A stretch of 62,923 bases of DNA, counting the filler, from Octopus bimaculoides (Eukaryota): assembly GCF_001194135.2 (NCBI RefSeq). It is 4 parts of 4 records of this genome, joined end to end, with 100 filler letters (N's around TTAATTAATTAA, not from the genome) between each part and the next. Parts side by side here need not be neighbours in the genome. Positions count along the whole stretch, not along the records: positions 25,355 to 39,379 come from NC_068990.1; positions 39,480 to 61,417 come from NC_069004.1; 2 more parts are not named here. The stretch is one strand, 5' to 3'. This document shows, in pieces, positions 37,871 through 52,929 of the stretch. Within the stretch, counting starts at the first letter, position 1. Every line of letters starts with the position of its first letter. A program made the position numbers and the translations under genes. The notes beneath the pieces were generated by a model. The model did no database searches. It was given only the letters and a program-made list of their open reading frames with translations, and was not told where the DNA came from.

Positions 37871-38359
37871 TTATACACACACACGCACATACCCACGCGC
37901 ACACACACATGCACACACACACGCACACACACACACACACACACACGCACACACACACACGCACACACACACATGAAATATTACTGGCAGAAGCAGTGTT
38001 AGTGGCTTTCTTTATATCCTACATAAAGCGGTGAAGCGCAGACACTCCGAAATTACGTGCTCTAGCACTTCCACCACAGATGCTGGATGATTTCTTGTCT
38101 GCTACTGATATGTATGTGCTTCCTAGCTCTAAACGTCTATATGAGAAGATTTCTCAAGCAAATATTGAATTATTACGGCGTTCTAACAATACATTCACGC
38201 TAAGTAGGGGACGTAAGCACACCAAGATTTGTTGTCAAGTGATGGTGGGGGTGTGACAAACACAGACACACAAACATATACATACATACAGTAGCCACAC
38301 ACATGTGCGCACACACACATACACACACATGTATCTACACATAATGTGATGGTTGTTGT

Positions 38360-38742
38360 TGTTGGCACTCCGTTGCTTACGACGTCGAGGGTTCCAGTTG
38401 ATCCGATCAACGGAACAGCCTGCTCGTGAAATTAACGTGCAACTGGCTGAGCACTCCACAGACACGTGTACCCTTAACGTAGTTCTCGGGGAGATTCAGC
38501 GTGACACGGTATGACAAGGCTGACCCTTTGATTTACAGGCACAACAAAAACAGGAAGTAAGAGCGAGAGAATGTTGTGGTGAAAGAGTACAGCAGGGTTC
38601 GCCACCATCTCCCTGCCGGAGCCTTGTGGAACTTTAGTTGTTTTCGCTCAATAAGCATTCACAACGCCCGGTCTGGGAATCGATACCGCGAACCTATGAC
38701 CACGAGTCTGCTGCCCTAACTACTGGGCCATTGCGCCTCCAC
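38360..38742 (-). mobile_element. SINE family C
   Basis: Highly similar to 15443-15817. Confidence 0.9.
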
Positions 38743-39041
38743 GATTGATATGTGCAGGTACATGCTTTTAAACATATATGTATGCATGCCTGTATGTATT
38801 ATGTATCCAAGCTTGCTATAATTTTGACACTGGATATTTCGTCTCGAGTTGACACTTGATTTTGACAGTATTATGGAGATGGTCAATGAGGTATCGCTGG
38901 AGTGTTATTATGCCTAAAATTATTACACCTCCTGCTTTTGAAAAATATTCTTTGATGTACTTTCTTGGGTACGAATAGATAATAATACGGATGGAAAATG
39001 TGGAATGAAAATCTGACTTACAATATCTAATAATTTATCTG

Positions 39042-39113
<72 letters not shown>

Positions 39114-39989
39114 GAATATTGACCAAGGTTACCGTGGTCTTTTCCGTAGGCTTTTCTTTCCACGGCTAAACCTAAACTGTCCTCCCCTCTTTTTACACGA
39201 GAACGTTACAGTGTGATACACGATCCCTATTGATCGCTCCCCCTTTTTTTTTCTCTCGATCCCTTTTGATTGAACTCCCCCCTTTTTCCCTTCCTACGAT
39301 CCTTTTGATCGACCCCCCTTTTTTTTCCTTCCCCCTCCCAAAAAGAAAAGCTCTACATTGTATTTGTCCCATCTTCGTTNNNNNNNNNNNNNNNNNNNNN
39401 NNNNNNNNNNNNNNNNNNNNNNNTTAATTAATTAANNNNNNNNNNNNNNNNNNNNNNNNNNNNNNNNNNNNNNNNNNNNTATATATATATATATATATAT
39501 ATATTAATGTATATTTATATGTAAACACATACTTATGTTTGTGATTATGTTTATGTTTGCGTATTTGAGTTTGTTGGTGTATACGTATATATGTATATAT
39601 ATACATATATATACATATATATGAATATATATAATACATACATACACACATATATATATATATATACATATATATACATATATATATATATAATTAGATA
39701 TTTACACACAGGCAGTTTATATATTTGTATATTTATGATGCAAGCCAATTGGTATGTATATATTGATGTTGTGTTAGTAACTCCCAAGTGTGAATCTATG
39801 ATTAATATGTCATGACACAATCGCTGTATTACACATGGACGCCATATTGCAAATGTGTTTCAATTTCATCGCATGCTGGCAATTGTGTTAACGATAATAT
39901 CTTTTAAAGAATTGGGGGCAAGGAAAAAATAATGTTACGGTGGTGTTGGCGTTGGAGGTGTGTGGCGGGTGTTTTGGGGGTGGTCAGGA

Positions 39990-40238
39990 TGAGGATAATG
40001 ATGATGATTGTCCTGCTGCACATCATTATCATCATCATCTTCGTCGTCCTCGTCATCATCATCATCATCGTCGTCGTCGTCGTCGTCATCATCATCATCA
40101 TCACTTGATGGTGATTTTTGTCGATGTTACTGGTGATACGATTGTCATAATCGTGAAAAATCGTGAGCGTGACAGATGATGAAGATGGAGACGAAGACGA
40201 CGAAGACGACAGCAGTGATGATGATGATGACGATGATA

Positions 40239-40284
<46 letters not shown>

Positions 40285-40326
40285 CGATGACGACGACGAT
40301 GATGATGATGACGATGATGATGATGG

Positions 40327-40368
<42 letters not shown>
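39990..40368. repeat. (CAT)n/(GAT)n microsatellite
   Basis: Directly visible; the poly-D, M and H ORFs are artefacts. Confidence 0.95.
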
Positions 40369-41164
40369 NNNNNNNNNNNNNNNNNNNNNNNNNNNNNNNN
40401 NNNNNNNNNNNNNNNNNNNNNNNNNNNNNNNNNNNNNNNNNNNNNNNNNNNNNNNNNNNNNNNNNNNNNNNNNNNNNNNNNNNNNNNNNNNNNNNNNNNN
40501 NNNNNNNNNNNNNNNNNNNNNNNNNNNNNNNNNNNNNNNNNNNNNNNNNNNNNNNNNNNNNNNNNNNNNNNNNNNNNNNNNNNNNNNNNNNNNNNNNNNN
40601 NNNNNNNNNNNNNNNNNNNNNNNNNNNNNNNNNNNNNNNNNNNNNNNNNNNNNNNNNNNNNNNNNNNNNNNNNNNNNNNNNNNNNNNNNNNNNNNNNNNN
40701 NNNNNNNNNNNNNNNNNNNNNNNNNNNNNNNNNNNNNNNNNNNNNNNNNNNNNNNNNNNNNNNNNNNNNNNNNNNNNNNNNNNNNNNNNNNNNNNNNNNN
40801 NNNNNNNNNNNNNNNNNNNNNNNNNNNNNNNNNNNNNNNNNNNNNNNNNNNNNNNNNNNNNNNNNNNNNNNNNNNNNNNNNNNNNNNNNNNNNNNNNNNN
40901 NNNNNNNNNNNNNNNNNNNNNNNNNNNNNNNNNNNNNNNNNNNNNNNNNNNNNNNNNNNNNNNNNNNNNNNNNNNNNNNNNNNNNNNNNNNNNNNNNNNN
41001 NNNNNNGGTCATGATGATCTTGATGGCTAACATCATGTTAATGAAGATCTTCGTATTGATGAATGTTACCATGACGATTCGAATGACGATGACCACGATG
41101 ATGAGCAGGAAGAGAAGAGGTGGGGGAGGAGAGGAGGAGGAACGGGAGAACAAATCATGAGTTG

Positions 41165-41556
41165 CTTTTATCTTTTATCTGTTATTTGTTTTAGTTATTC
41201 GACTGAGGCAGAACTTTTAGTCGAATAAATCGTTGTGAGGAGTTGTGTATTTTAAAGCCTGATAGTTAATCTTTCGACACCTCTTGCCGAACCATTATTT
41301 CACGGGGATATAACTCCACCAACACCGGTTGTCAAGCGGTGATATAGAACAAACATAGACACAAAGACGTAGACTCATATAATTGTGTGTGCGTGCGTGC
41401 GTGCGCGCGTATGTGTGTGTGTGTGTGTGTTTGCACGACGGGCTTCTTTCAGTTTCCATCTACCAAATCCACCCAGGAGATTACAGAAGGTGACACGCAG
41501 TGGGAATGAAATCAGAATCATGTGGTGAGGACGCAAAATTTTTACTACACAACCAC
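41165..41556 (-). mobile_element. SINE family A, diverged
   Basis: Reverse-complement homology to 30567-30970. Confidence 0.75.
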
Positions 41557-42179
41557 TTTGATGTTGATATGAACGAAATCAGTGCTAATTCGTAAAAAGC
41601 TGGCCACGGATGTATTTTGAAAGAGTGATGGTGGTTACATCTATTGGAAGAAGTAACCTCATAGCAGACAATTGCATTGTGTATTTTTGAAAGCTCCATT
41701 TGTTCAAAGCAAGCGCAACTGGCTTAAATCAAATGTCAGATTTGATTCGATGTGTTGTAAACCGCACCTAGTATCGCTTCTGTCTCACACATCACGTTGT
41801 CTTAAAATGGAATGGTATATGAGATGTCGTAATCATAAATAAACTACTATGTCCAGCCATGCTAAATATTTGATTTAAACACAAGATCACGAAAACTGTG
41901 AGGTCATAGATATGTGTGCTCAGATGTTATTTGCGTGAAATGTATGGCTAGCCTTTTGTATTTTCTTTAATCATATAGTTCTTTCTGTGATTTCAACTGC
42001 GACCATGCTGGGGCACACTACATTAGAGGGTTTAGTCGACCGAATATTCCCCTGTATTTATTAATTTGTCGAAGCCCTGTTGTTATTCTGTCGCACCTCT
42101 TTGGGCAAACAAGTTACGGGTATTTGGATATACCAATTCCAATCGTCAAGAGTTCTTGGGGGATACAGACAGACAGACA

Positions 42180-42288
<109 letters not shown>

Positions 42289-42374
42289 GAGGAGTGGTAT
42301 TAAAATATCATCATAAGTAGCAAGCGAATTATCAGCCATACAGGCAAATTAATAAAATATATACATAGGCGATG

Positions 42375-42538
42375 GAGTATCTGTGTGGTAAGTAGCTTGC
42401 TTACCAGCCACATGGTCCCGGGTTCAGTACCACTGCGTGACACCGTGGGCTAGTGTCTTCTACAATAGCCTCAGGCCGACCAAAGCCTTGTGAGTGGATT
42501 TGGTAGACAGAAACTGAAAGAAGCCCGTCGTATATATG

Positions 42539-42569
<31 letters not shown>

Positions 42570-42790
42570 GTATATGTTGTGTATCTGTGTTTGTCACCCA
42601 ACATCGCTTGACAACCGATGCTGATGTGTTTAAGTCCCCATAACCTAGCGGTTCGGCAAAAGATACCGAGAGTAAAAGTGCTTGGCTTACAATGAATAAG
42701 TCCTGGGGTCGATTTGATTCGACTAAAGGCGGTACTCCAGGATGGCCGCAGTCAAATGATTGAAACAAGTAAAAGAATAAAAGAATAAAA
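42375..42790 (+). mobile_element. SINE family A, full length
   Basis: Homology to other copies; (GAATAAAA)n tail. Confidence 0.92.
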
Positions 42791-43282
42791 GAATATATAC
42801 AAGATCACTTACATCGCTAAAAAGAGAAATCAAAAATACTTCTGTGCCACAGAATAGTCAGAAATCTACTACAAGACTGCTAGGGAATAATTGCGGTGAA
42901 CATTCAAAATGTCTTACCCGCGCTAGGTCAGCACAAGTAATACTGGTCAACTCGGTACCGGTTTCGAAATTATTGCCAAATCGGTGCCTGTTTCTCTTCA
43001 GCCAAAGACTGCCAGTTTACGACTACTAAAATTTTCCCCCACCATGCCTGCAAAACTTGGTTTGATGCGACCAAACATTATTTAAACAAACGAAATGTGT
43101 GAAATTATTTATAAATAAATATAAGATGGATGTTATTATTAAAATGCAATCACAAGTGGCAAGCGAATTATCAGCCATACATATATATATAAATAATAAA
43201 TTAAACAGAGAAATACACTTGACAATCTAACAATTGACAATCCACAAGATTTTTATTCTCTCTCTGTTTATTTCCTCATATT

Positions 43283-43320
43283 CTTTTCTGTTGCAGAGCG
43301 TAAGCTCAAAACGTAAAAGG
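43283..43320 (+). ncRNA. Heavily decayed hammerhead-like motif
   Basis: CTTTT-CTGTTGC-A-GAGC-gtaa-GCTC-AAAAC-GTA-AAAGG; same geometry as 37083-37117 with three core substitutions. Confidence 0.4.
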
Positions 43321-43510
43321 CTTTCTCACTTTCCCCAGCGTCAAACTAACACACCTGCTTGTTGTTTATACAACTAACTTCGTCTTTTACTTTTCTGCAA
43401 ATTTCAACTATACACACACACACATCCATACACATACACACACGCACACACATACACAGACACACACACAGACACACGCAGACACACACACACACACACA
43501 CACACACGCA

Positions 43511-43556
<46 letters not shown>

Positions 43557-44339
43557 ATATAATATAAATATATATATATATATAGATAGAGACATACGTA
43601 CACACATAGAGAGATAGACACATATNNNNNNNNNNACACACACATATATATATATATAATATAATATAAATATATATATATATATAGATAGATAGATATA
43701 GATATAGATAGATAGATAGATATAGACAGATAGACAGATAGATAGATAGACATGCGACGGACTTCTTTCCGTCTACCTCTACTGATCCTTTCACAAGGCT
43801 TGGTCGCTTCCGACGAAAATAGAAGACACACACAAAAGGTGCTATGCAGTAGGACTGAACTCACAAGCTAGTGGTCTGTAAATAATTGTAGGTAATTGTT
43901 TTTCGCTGACACTGTATGCAGATAACAAAATTTTTGCTGTCACAATAAAGTATTATTTTCGTCTTTCTTTTAGTACAGACTCGTCATCTGAAATTCTACC
44001 TATCATAGTATGCTACAACAATTTCTTTGAAATAATTATACATGATTATCTGATCTCTCCACGAATCTTTTTTTCTTCACACAGCAACTGGATCATCAAG
44101 TGGACAGACACATTTTTATCATTGGTTTCTTTTTGATGCAAGCACGCAGAGCTTTTTCTTAGCCGTCGCAGCATGAAAACAAAGGAATTAGAAAATAGTC
44201 GTCAGAAGCGAGTCTAACATTTACATCGAGTCATTTCTGCTTCATGGAAGTGTTTATTTTTATCCAAAAGTTGCAATGTTCGTCTCAATAACAACATTCA
44301 CCAAAGCAGACATAAAACTTGCTAAATCTCAGAAACCAG

Positions 44340-44370
<31 letters not shown>

Positions 44371-44410
44371 GCTTATGCATATATATATATATATATGTTG
44401 TGTGTGTGTG

Positions 44411-44458
<48 letters not shown>

Positions 44459-44467
44459 CATATACAT

Positions 44468-44850
44468 AGTGGCTGTGTGGTAAGTAGCTTTCTTACGAAC
44501 CACATGGCTCCGGGTTCAGTCCCACTGCGTGGCACCTTGGGCAAGTGTCTTCAACTATTGCCTCAGGCCGACCAAAGCCTTGTGAGTGGATTTGGTAGAC
44601 GGAAACTGAAAGAAGCCCGTCGTATATATGCATATATATATATGTATGTGTGTGTGTCTGTGTTTGTCCCCCCAACATAGCTTGACAACCGATGCTGTTG
44701 TGTTTACGTCCCCGTAAGCGGTTCAGCAAAAGAGAGACCGATAGAATAAGTACTAGGCTTGCAAAGAATCAGTCCTGGGGTCGATTCATTCGGCTAAAGG
44801 TGGTGCTCCAGCATGGCTACAGTCTAATGACTGAAACAAGTAAAAGAGTA
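44468..44850 (+). mobile_element. SINE family A, full length
   Basis: Homology to other copies. Confidence 0.92.
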
Positions 44851-46303
44851 AAGAGTATATATACATATATATGCCCAAGATGCCACGCAGTGGGACTGAA
44901 CCCGGAACCATGTGGTTGGTAGGAGTCTCGACAAGTAGATATGTAGATAACAACACGTAATCGAAACTGTGCCGANNNNNNNNNNAGGAGTCTCGACAAG
45001 TAGATATGTAGATAACAACACGTAATCGAAACTGTGCCGATGCTTTACTCATCATCCATTTATACATTTTCTATAATTTCTCCTCTATATATACATATAT
45101 ATTTATATTTATATATATATATATATATGTATTCGTGCGCGCGTGTTTGTTGCTTATGTGTGCGTTTGTGTTCGGGTGTGGTGTGTACGTGTGGCGGTGT
45201 GCGCGCGTTGTAAAAGATTTTTACTTCCAACTGAGTGATCCACCATAGTCTTTTCACTGTGATTTTCTGCTTGTGGGTGTTCTTATACTGAAAACACCAT
45301 GTTTGAATTGGAATTTCATTTCATTACGCGGTTTCCGAAGAAGAAATAGATAGTACAATTGTAATTTATGAAAATTATGCCGAATTTATTTTATACCACG
45401 AGAAGTTTATACGCTTAAGTATTGCCGCATACAGACATAAATTACTAATAAATACGATTGCTGTTCTGTATTTTCATGCAATTAACTTCAAATAACTATA
45501 TCTCTATCAATTTAGACATGGATAGGTTAGTAGGTACAGCTTAGGGGGAAATGAAGAGGCTTAACGTTTCCAATACAAATCCTCCGAAGGAGCGATCAAT
45601 TTAAGGCTCGTCAGATAGAAGAGAGAAGAAAAGATTTCAACGGCTAGTTGAGGAGGCATTTTCTGCAAATGATTGATGCCGTTGCCAAAAGAACCACAAT
45701 TATTTACACTCAACAAACATACTTGGATTCCATTACCTCTGTTATCAAAGACAGATCATCACTAGCTTTCACATGTTTCTGAGGTTCACACTATCAATTT
45801 CACTCTCATTACATTCTCTACCGTCTGAAATCCTAACGTTAATAAATCTTTCGCAGCAATTCCAGTAGCGAAATTCATATTAATTAACGTCGGTAAATCA
45901 GAGAACGAAAGAACTTCGAAACGAATGGAAGATGAAAATCTCATTCGAACAATTCCGTCCACCGCCAACACCAGCTCAGTTTATGCAATGACACTCATTT
46001 CCTTTAAAATATAGTTTTCAACCACGGTCAGGAAATAAATGTTTAGAATATAATCTATAAATGTAACGAAAACGTTTAGTAAATTATCGAAATGTTAAAC
46101 ATTGTTCGATCGATTAAGATGGCTCTTTTGATCTTTATTCGATGATATCCTCTAAACTATGAATGATATCACCATGAAATATACAATTTTGAAATTCTAG
46201 GTAACAGCTATCGATTAAAGATTAAACTGGTTTTGATCACGAAATGTATCTTTTATATGTATATATTCATTTACACTTGCTTTATGCCTTCATCTATTTA
46301 CGG

Positions 46304-46341
<38 letters not shown>

Positions 46342-46342
46342 C

Positions 46343-46373
<31 letters not shown>

Positions 46374-46429
46374 NNNNNNNNNNTATTACAGCTGCTTGCA
46401 AGGAATATAGATATGGATACAATTGGATT

Positions 46430-46501
46430 ATGGCGAAGATAATAAAAATGATGATAATAACAATAATAATATTAATAATAATAATAAGAACAAGAACAAT
46501 G

Positions 46502-46575
<74 letters not shown>

Positions 46576-46636
46576 AAGGAGAAGAATATTAATTATATTA
46601 CTAATAATGATGATAACGAATGTGATAATGAATATG

Positions 46637-46707
<71 letters not shown>

Positions 46708-46840
46708 GAAGAAGAAGAAGATGGGAAGGAGTAGGAGGAAATCGTTAGGACAGAAATTGTTATGGAACAAGAAAGAGGAAGAAATAGAAGCTGAACAACA
46801 ACAACAACAACAAAACTGACAACAACAACAACAATGATAA
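46430..46840. repeat. (AAT)n/(AAG)n/(AAC)n microsatellite field
   Basis: Directly visible. Confidence 0.95.
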
Positions 46841-47284
46841 AAGGTGAAAAAGAAGAAAAATGAGAATGGAAAAGAGAATGAGGTGAAGAATGTCGATCTT
46901 GTCGATTAGGGATCGAACTTATGTACACGTGACTATATATGAATGTATTCTGAATATGTGAATGCGTATGTGTGCATGTGTGCGTATGTGTTCAACCCTG
47001 CCCGTTTGTTATACCTTCCATATGATATTTTCGAGCGTATAAAATCTTGGGCCCATTAAAAAGCATGTACTGTAGTGTGGTAGATTCGTTTGAGCGCCGG
47101 ACAAAATACCTGATACTATTTCTTCTGACTCTTTATGTTCCTACTTCATACCAATTGGTCTGCCACTCGCGGGTCGATAAAAGATAATATCAGTCAAGTA
47201 CTGGAATGGAAATTGTGGGAAAAATCCCTATGCTCAAACTTGCTAGCCTTATTGTTGCGGTGATGCTAATTTTTTTTATGTCTT

Positions 47285-47785
47285 CGTATTATTATTGAGT
47301 GAGAGAGCGGCGCATGTCATTAAATTAACTCAGGGGTACAAATATACGAAGCGCAGTATACCCATCATGGCTACTCGCTTGATAAGGGCACTCCAGGTAC
47401 ATACATCACGATGATATGTGAGAGACCTTGTGATCACATACCAAGATAAACACCGCATGACCTTGCAGGTGCGGGCCCAGTTAGAATTTTCTTCAAGCGA
47501 AGTAGCCCATCTTGCTGAAAAGGTCCCTCAATAAGGGTTGTTTAAGAATACTGACGGGAATACTCATGTTTCTAAAGGTGAATTATTCAAACACCCAAAA
47601 CTCCCTTTGAACACATGGCAATGATGCTCCCAAGATAGTCCCTGCTCGTGATGAGAAATGCACATGTCATTAGCCACTAACGGACATGCGCAACTGGTTA
47701 TGGTCAAGCAACTGACAAGCAAATATCTGTGGTATTGAGTATAATATTTGCTGTAGCCCATCTTTTACAGCAAGACAAAACATAT
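47285..47785 (-). mobile_element. Probable retroposon 3' portion with (AAT)n tail
   Basis: Minus strand ends ...ctctctcactcaataataat, a LINE/SINE-type tail; resembles a common octopus interspersed repeat from memory only; single copy in this window. Confidence 0.4.
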
Positions 47786-47879
47786 ACATTTTAACACTGC
47801 CAATCAATTCAGATCAGCAGCTACGTGAGCCAAGCCTGTTATTGCATCAGGTCAGGATGCTGTTGTTACAATCATCAAC

Positions 47880-47918
<39 letters not shown>

Positions 47919-48649
47919 TTCATCACCGTCATCCTTATCTTCATCCTCCTTCTCCTCATCATCATCACCATTATTATTAATTGTAGTAGCTGGAGTAGTT
48001 TAGTGTTAATATTATCTAGGACAGTTGATTATCAAAAAGCACTAAATGCGTAAAATCCTATTGACATTTAATCTGCTCCATTTGCGATTGGATTTCAGAA
48101 TTATGAAAGACCCATCTTGTCTTCCTTTCATCCGTTTGATGTTAACCAATTAATTACTAGTCATGAACGACGGATGATTTAATAGAGTGTGACCATTGCC
48201 ATTGCAAATTCCCTTCGCTTGTATCAACACTAGAATTCATTATTACAATTTTCTTTCGATTCAAATTAAGAGACATTTTTACAATTATTTTTTGCAGGTT
48301 TCATTTAGCAATTTCACTCTTTGTTTATATTACTTCATCCTTTCATATTAAAATTCAGACATCTTGAATAATCTTACGGATGACCTTTTCAAAGAGACTT
48401 GTAGTAAAAGACTGAAAAAACGGCAATGAATCCGTGTAGTTATGTTGAAAGATTTAATGTTATGAGTTACATGTAATGAACCCCATTCGCTATTACATTC
48501 TAATGGTTAAGATCAGACATGGAGGATAGAGGACTAAAATGTTTTTCATGGAGGTTTCTTTAATCTTGCATCTTTTAAATATTGCATTCATTGGACTACA
48601 GTCGTGGAGGATCTTTGGTCGAACACACGGAATCCATTACTTATTTATT

Positions 48650-48933
48650 AACATCTAGTATTTATTCTATCGGCCTCTGTTCGTGAAGCACTAAGTTATG
48701 GAGATGTAAGCAAAACAACACCGGTTGTTAAGCAGTCTGAGGGGGACGCACGCACACAAAAGCACACACACACATATATAACAGGCTTCTTTCAGTTTCT
48801 ATCAACCGAATACACTCACAATGCTTTGGTCGGCCCGGGGCTATAACAGAAGACACTTAACCAGGGTGCCACACAGTGGTACGAACTCGAACGCATTTGG
48901 CTGAGACGCGAAGTTCTTAACTGTGACCCATGC
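48650..48933 (-). mobile_element. SINE family A, diverged
   Basis: Reverse-complement homology to other copies. Confidence 0.75.
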
Positions 48934-49882
48934 CTACACCTACGTAAATTTATGCCTGGATTCGAAATCTTGTTACCGCTTCTCAGATGTTTTAATTTTC
49001 TTTCCTTTCTCATTTACGTTAATATTATTATGGTTTTGGGGTTTTTTTCGGCTTTTGTAATGGCTTCTATGGTTCGCTAATGAAGTCACAGTTTTTACTA
49101 TGATTGCTGAAAATAATTTAAATATTTTTTTAGTCGGTAACAAAATTTGTTTCTTCCTCACTGCATAATTATTTCTCGTTAGATTTCAATGCTTTCCGAA
49201 TTAAAATATATTAACACTAACTTAACTATTCTATCAGTTTATGTGTGTCTCACCATTAATTATTTTTTGTTAGCTTATTTTAATGGCTCCTGCATTAAAT
49301 ATATTTATACAAACTTAAGTATTTCTTTTATGTAAATGACGTCTTCGTATAATGTATTTTGTGAATATTCTTACTTTAATACTCCAATTAATGCAGTCTT
49401 GTTTACTTATATACTGCTGCTTACATTCCTGCGGTAGTAAGTTCAGGTGAAGGCTACTCTTCGCTGACAAGGCTATTCTAAGGGTGAAGTTTAATTATTC
49501 GTAGTGAAGACCTATGGCCATTATCATTGCAACCGTAATCCGTTCGTGTTACATTACGAATTATTGCATTGCATTGCGTTAATTTATGGACACTTACGTT
49601 ATAAAAACGCCATGCTTGGACTGGAGAGTATTTGGTGCCTATAACTATGAAATTAAATAATTACAGAGAGCTTCACTATACGGATTCAAACAAGAATCGG
49701 TATACATGTAATAGGATCAGCTTTAGCTACACATCATTTGAAGGAAATGCTTTATGTCAATCCATTGGCATTTATGTGGCTGTGAATAGCTTAGTCGTAA
49801 CCGTTTTGGACTCATGATAGTCTCAGCTCCCACCCGGAAATGCTGGCCTTCTGTGAAAATTTGAAACCAATATTAGTTTCAG

Positions 49883-50100
49883 GTGGATGCCCGGGGTTTA
49901 GTGGTTAGAGATGCTGGAAACATGATCGTAAAATTGTGGTTTCGATTCCTAGACCGAGCGAGCGATGCGTTGTATTCTTGAGCAAAATACTTCATTTTAA
50001 GTTGTTCCAATTCGATTCATCTGGTAAAAATGAATATTCCTGCAACGGACCGGCATCCTGTCCAAAGAAGAATATATACATTAGAGAAACCAGGAAACCG
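49883..50100 (+). mobile_element. tRNA-derived SINE, diverged
   Basis: TAGTGGTTAG A box and GGTTTCGATTCC B box followed by a TTGAGCAA-type central segment. Confidence 0.6.
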
Positions 50101-51913
50101 ATCGCGGTGCTCCTTACAGAGTAATATACACAAACCATCGACATTTATATCAATCCCATTTTGCAGTGTTATGCTGATATGTGAGATATTTGCCATATTT
50201 CAGTCTTTGCCATATTTATATCTGTCGGATATTAGGCTCTTTGAGTATGCAGTGGAAAGTAAAGGCAGTTAAATGGAATGCATTAATCACCGAGTTTAAC
50301 ACCAGTCACTTGTGCAATTGACTTCTAGTTGAGACCATTTTGTTGGCAGTATTCAGAATATATGCTCTGACTGAGAAGATTGACTGTTAGGCTCATATTT
50401 TTTCCATCTTCCATCGCCTGCCACGAGTTTTGGTGTAGGTAAAAATATGATGAATTTTACACTTTATGCTTTCGATTAATCCATAACAATACAGTACCAA
50501 CTTTTAAATATCTATGGCTATTTATGACCAAACATAAAGGAAAAAGGAGATGTTGAAGATTTGTCTAGAATGCATATTATGTCAAGAGTTTATATATTTA
50601 TATATAAACCTAATACATAGGACAACATTGTACCATGTGTTTTCCCTTGTTTGTACAATATGGCCGACATCTATTTTTAGGCGGTGAAATGGAGACAAAG
50701 AAACTGTTTAAAACCAGGTGAGATCAAATAATTAGAGACATGGCGTAGGAGCACGCAAGATAAATTCATTTTTCAAGATGTTTACATGTTTGGAACTAGA
50801 GTACGACAAAGGAAATTTAGGTGTTATTTTTAGTACTCGTGAAACTGCGTAGTAGGACAACAGTAGAATTCTTTTGAAATGTTAGTGCATATTTTTGAAA
50901 TGTTCCTTAATTTATTATGCCAAATCCTGCGTATGAGTGCAAATGAATACAATTAATGGATTGTAGCTGTTAACTTAGTCTCAGTGTCAATATTTATCAC
51001 GGCATGACTAATTAACAAATCTCTTTACTAATTATCCACTATTCATTTCGTTACAGCTGTGAAACGTACAATCAAAACGACTTGGGAGAAATAATGGTCA
51101 AACTTCATTCAAATCTTCACTCTATCACGTTTAAGAAAAGTCACATTGACGCATGTTAATGATAACTCTGCTATTAAATAAACTGAAAAAATAATAACGG
51201 ATTGGGCAAGTGTAGATAGTCTGAATGGAGATATCTTAATCAAAGTCTTCTTGGAGCTGAAACAACGCTTATATAGCCAAAAAATATGGCCGCATACTTA
51301 AGAACATCTCTGTACAGTTTTGACAAATTCTTTATTGTTTGGAATACTGTTCTGCACAGGTAGATTCTTTATCGGAACCAGAAGAGCGAAAGGCAAATTT
51401 AACTTCTGATAGATTTGATTTTATATCATGAAGAAAATTCAGAAGATATGTTCGCTTAAAATTTTGGAGCAAGTGCAGCAAGTTCCAGACTAAGCGAAAA
51501 TCGATTCCATGGAGCTTAGTATTCAACCGGCACCGTTTTTATTGACTCCAGAATTTGAGCTCAGAACGTAAAAAACAAACGAAACGCCACGTAGCGTTTT
51601 GCCCCGTTTGCTAACGATTCTACCGGGTCATCACCTTAGTAAAACAAGTATTTGTTTCAACTTTGTACAAGGACAGTAAGAAACGTGAGGAGAATGGGAC
51701 GAAAACAACAAAACGAGACCGTTAGTGGACGGACGAGGGACCTCTGTGATTTCTGTTCGCCTGTGTATTTAGTATATGTCTTATATANNNNNNNNNNNNN
51801 NNNNNNNNNNNNNNNTATATATATATACATACATACATATACAGTCATAGATAATCAAGGGGTCCACCCGAGTCGGAATATCGATATTCAACAAGAACAA
51901 AAACAACTACTAT

Positions 51914-51961
<48 letters not shown>

Positions 51962-52058
51962 TACTACTTCTAGAAATAGTAGTAGTAATAGTAGTACCAT
52001 AAAACCCACAACAATCGTCACCACCACTACTACTATTACTACAGCAAGATAAGAGAGT

Positions 52059-52118
<60 letters not shown>

Positions 52119-52929
52119 TTAAGATTTATGTATTTCTAAAGATAGAGAATTTCCATCTACGTATGTTGTTAAGATTACATGCATAATCTATCTGGGAAGT
52201 ACCTTTAGAAAATTCTTTATAAAGACCTTCCATAATGGAAACATTTCTATGATATTAGCAGACTTTTCGTGACAAGAATATAAATTTCCAGCATGACTTA
52301 TAATCAATTTTTATTCACTCTTTTAATATAATCTGTGTTTTGTTAATTATTTATTTCGTTATATTTATACGTTTGTGTTTATTTTTCTTCTTTGTTATAT
52401 TTTCTATCTTCTTTTTATCTATTTTGAAATATTGAATAAAATAGAATTTGATATTCACAGATTAATTAAAATTCTTGTTAGTTCTACACTTCGATAATAT
52501 TTCCAAATATAAATAGAGTAATTCTTAATTTGTTTTTGTATGAATGTTTTTCCGTTTTTTTTTTATTAATTCATATTTCATTTTTATTTTGTTTTTGTTG
52601 TAGTTATTATTGTTGTTGTTGTTGTTGTTGGGGAAGTAGGACCTTTTTTTCTGCTTGTTTTCTGTTTTTTACGGGTGGGGGTAGAATTGGAGTTGTTTGG
52701 AAGGTTCTGCTTTTCATTTCAGTTTACGTAAAGGGGAACGATGTGTTGTTATGCATTTGCGGTATAATAGATTCGACCTTTGCTAGAAATAGCAGCCAAA
52801 TCATCTTGTATATCATATGTGGTCTTACATTAAAGAAGTAATAATACAGAAAGCAGGTAGAGACATACATACACGTATACCTGTATACTCACACACACAT
52901 ATATATGGGAGGGTTGTTAAGGCGTAAGT

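Noticed and set aside
45570-45620. Minus-strand CTGACGA...GAAACGTT
   Set aside because: Lacks the G10.1-C11.1 pair and stems I/II; compatible with chance.
47792-47804. TAACACTGCCAAT, matching the 5' part of a twister ribozyme as I recall it
   Set aside because: The remaining twister elements and pseudoknot partners are absent.
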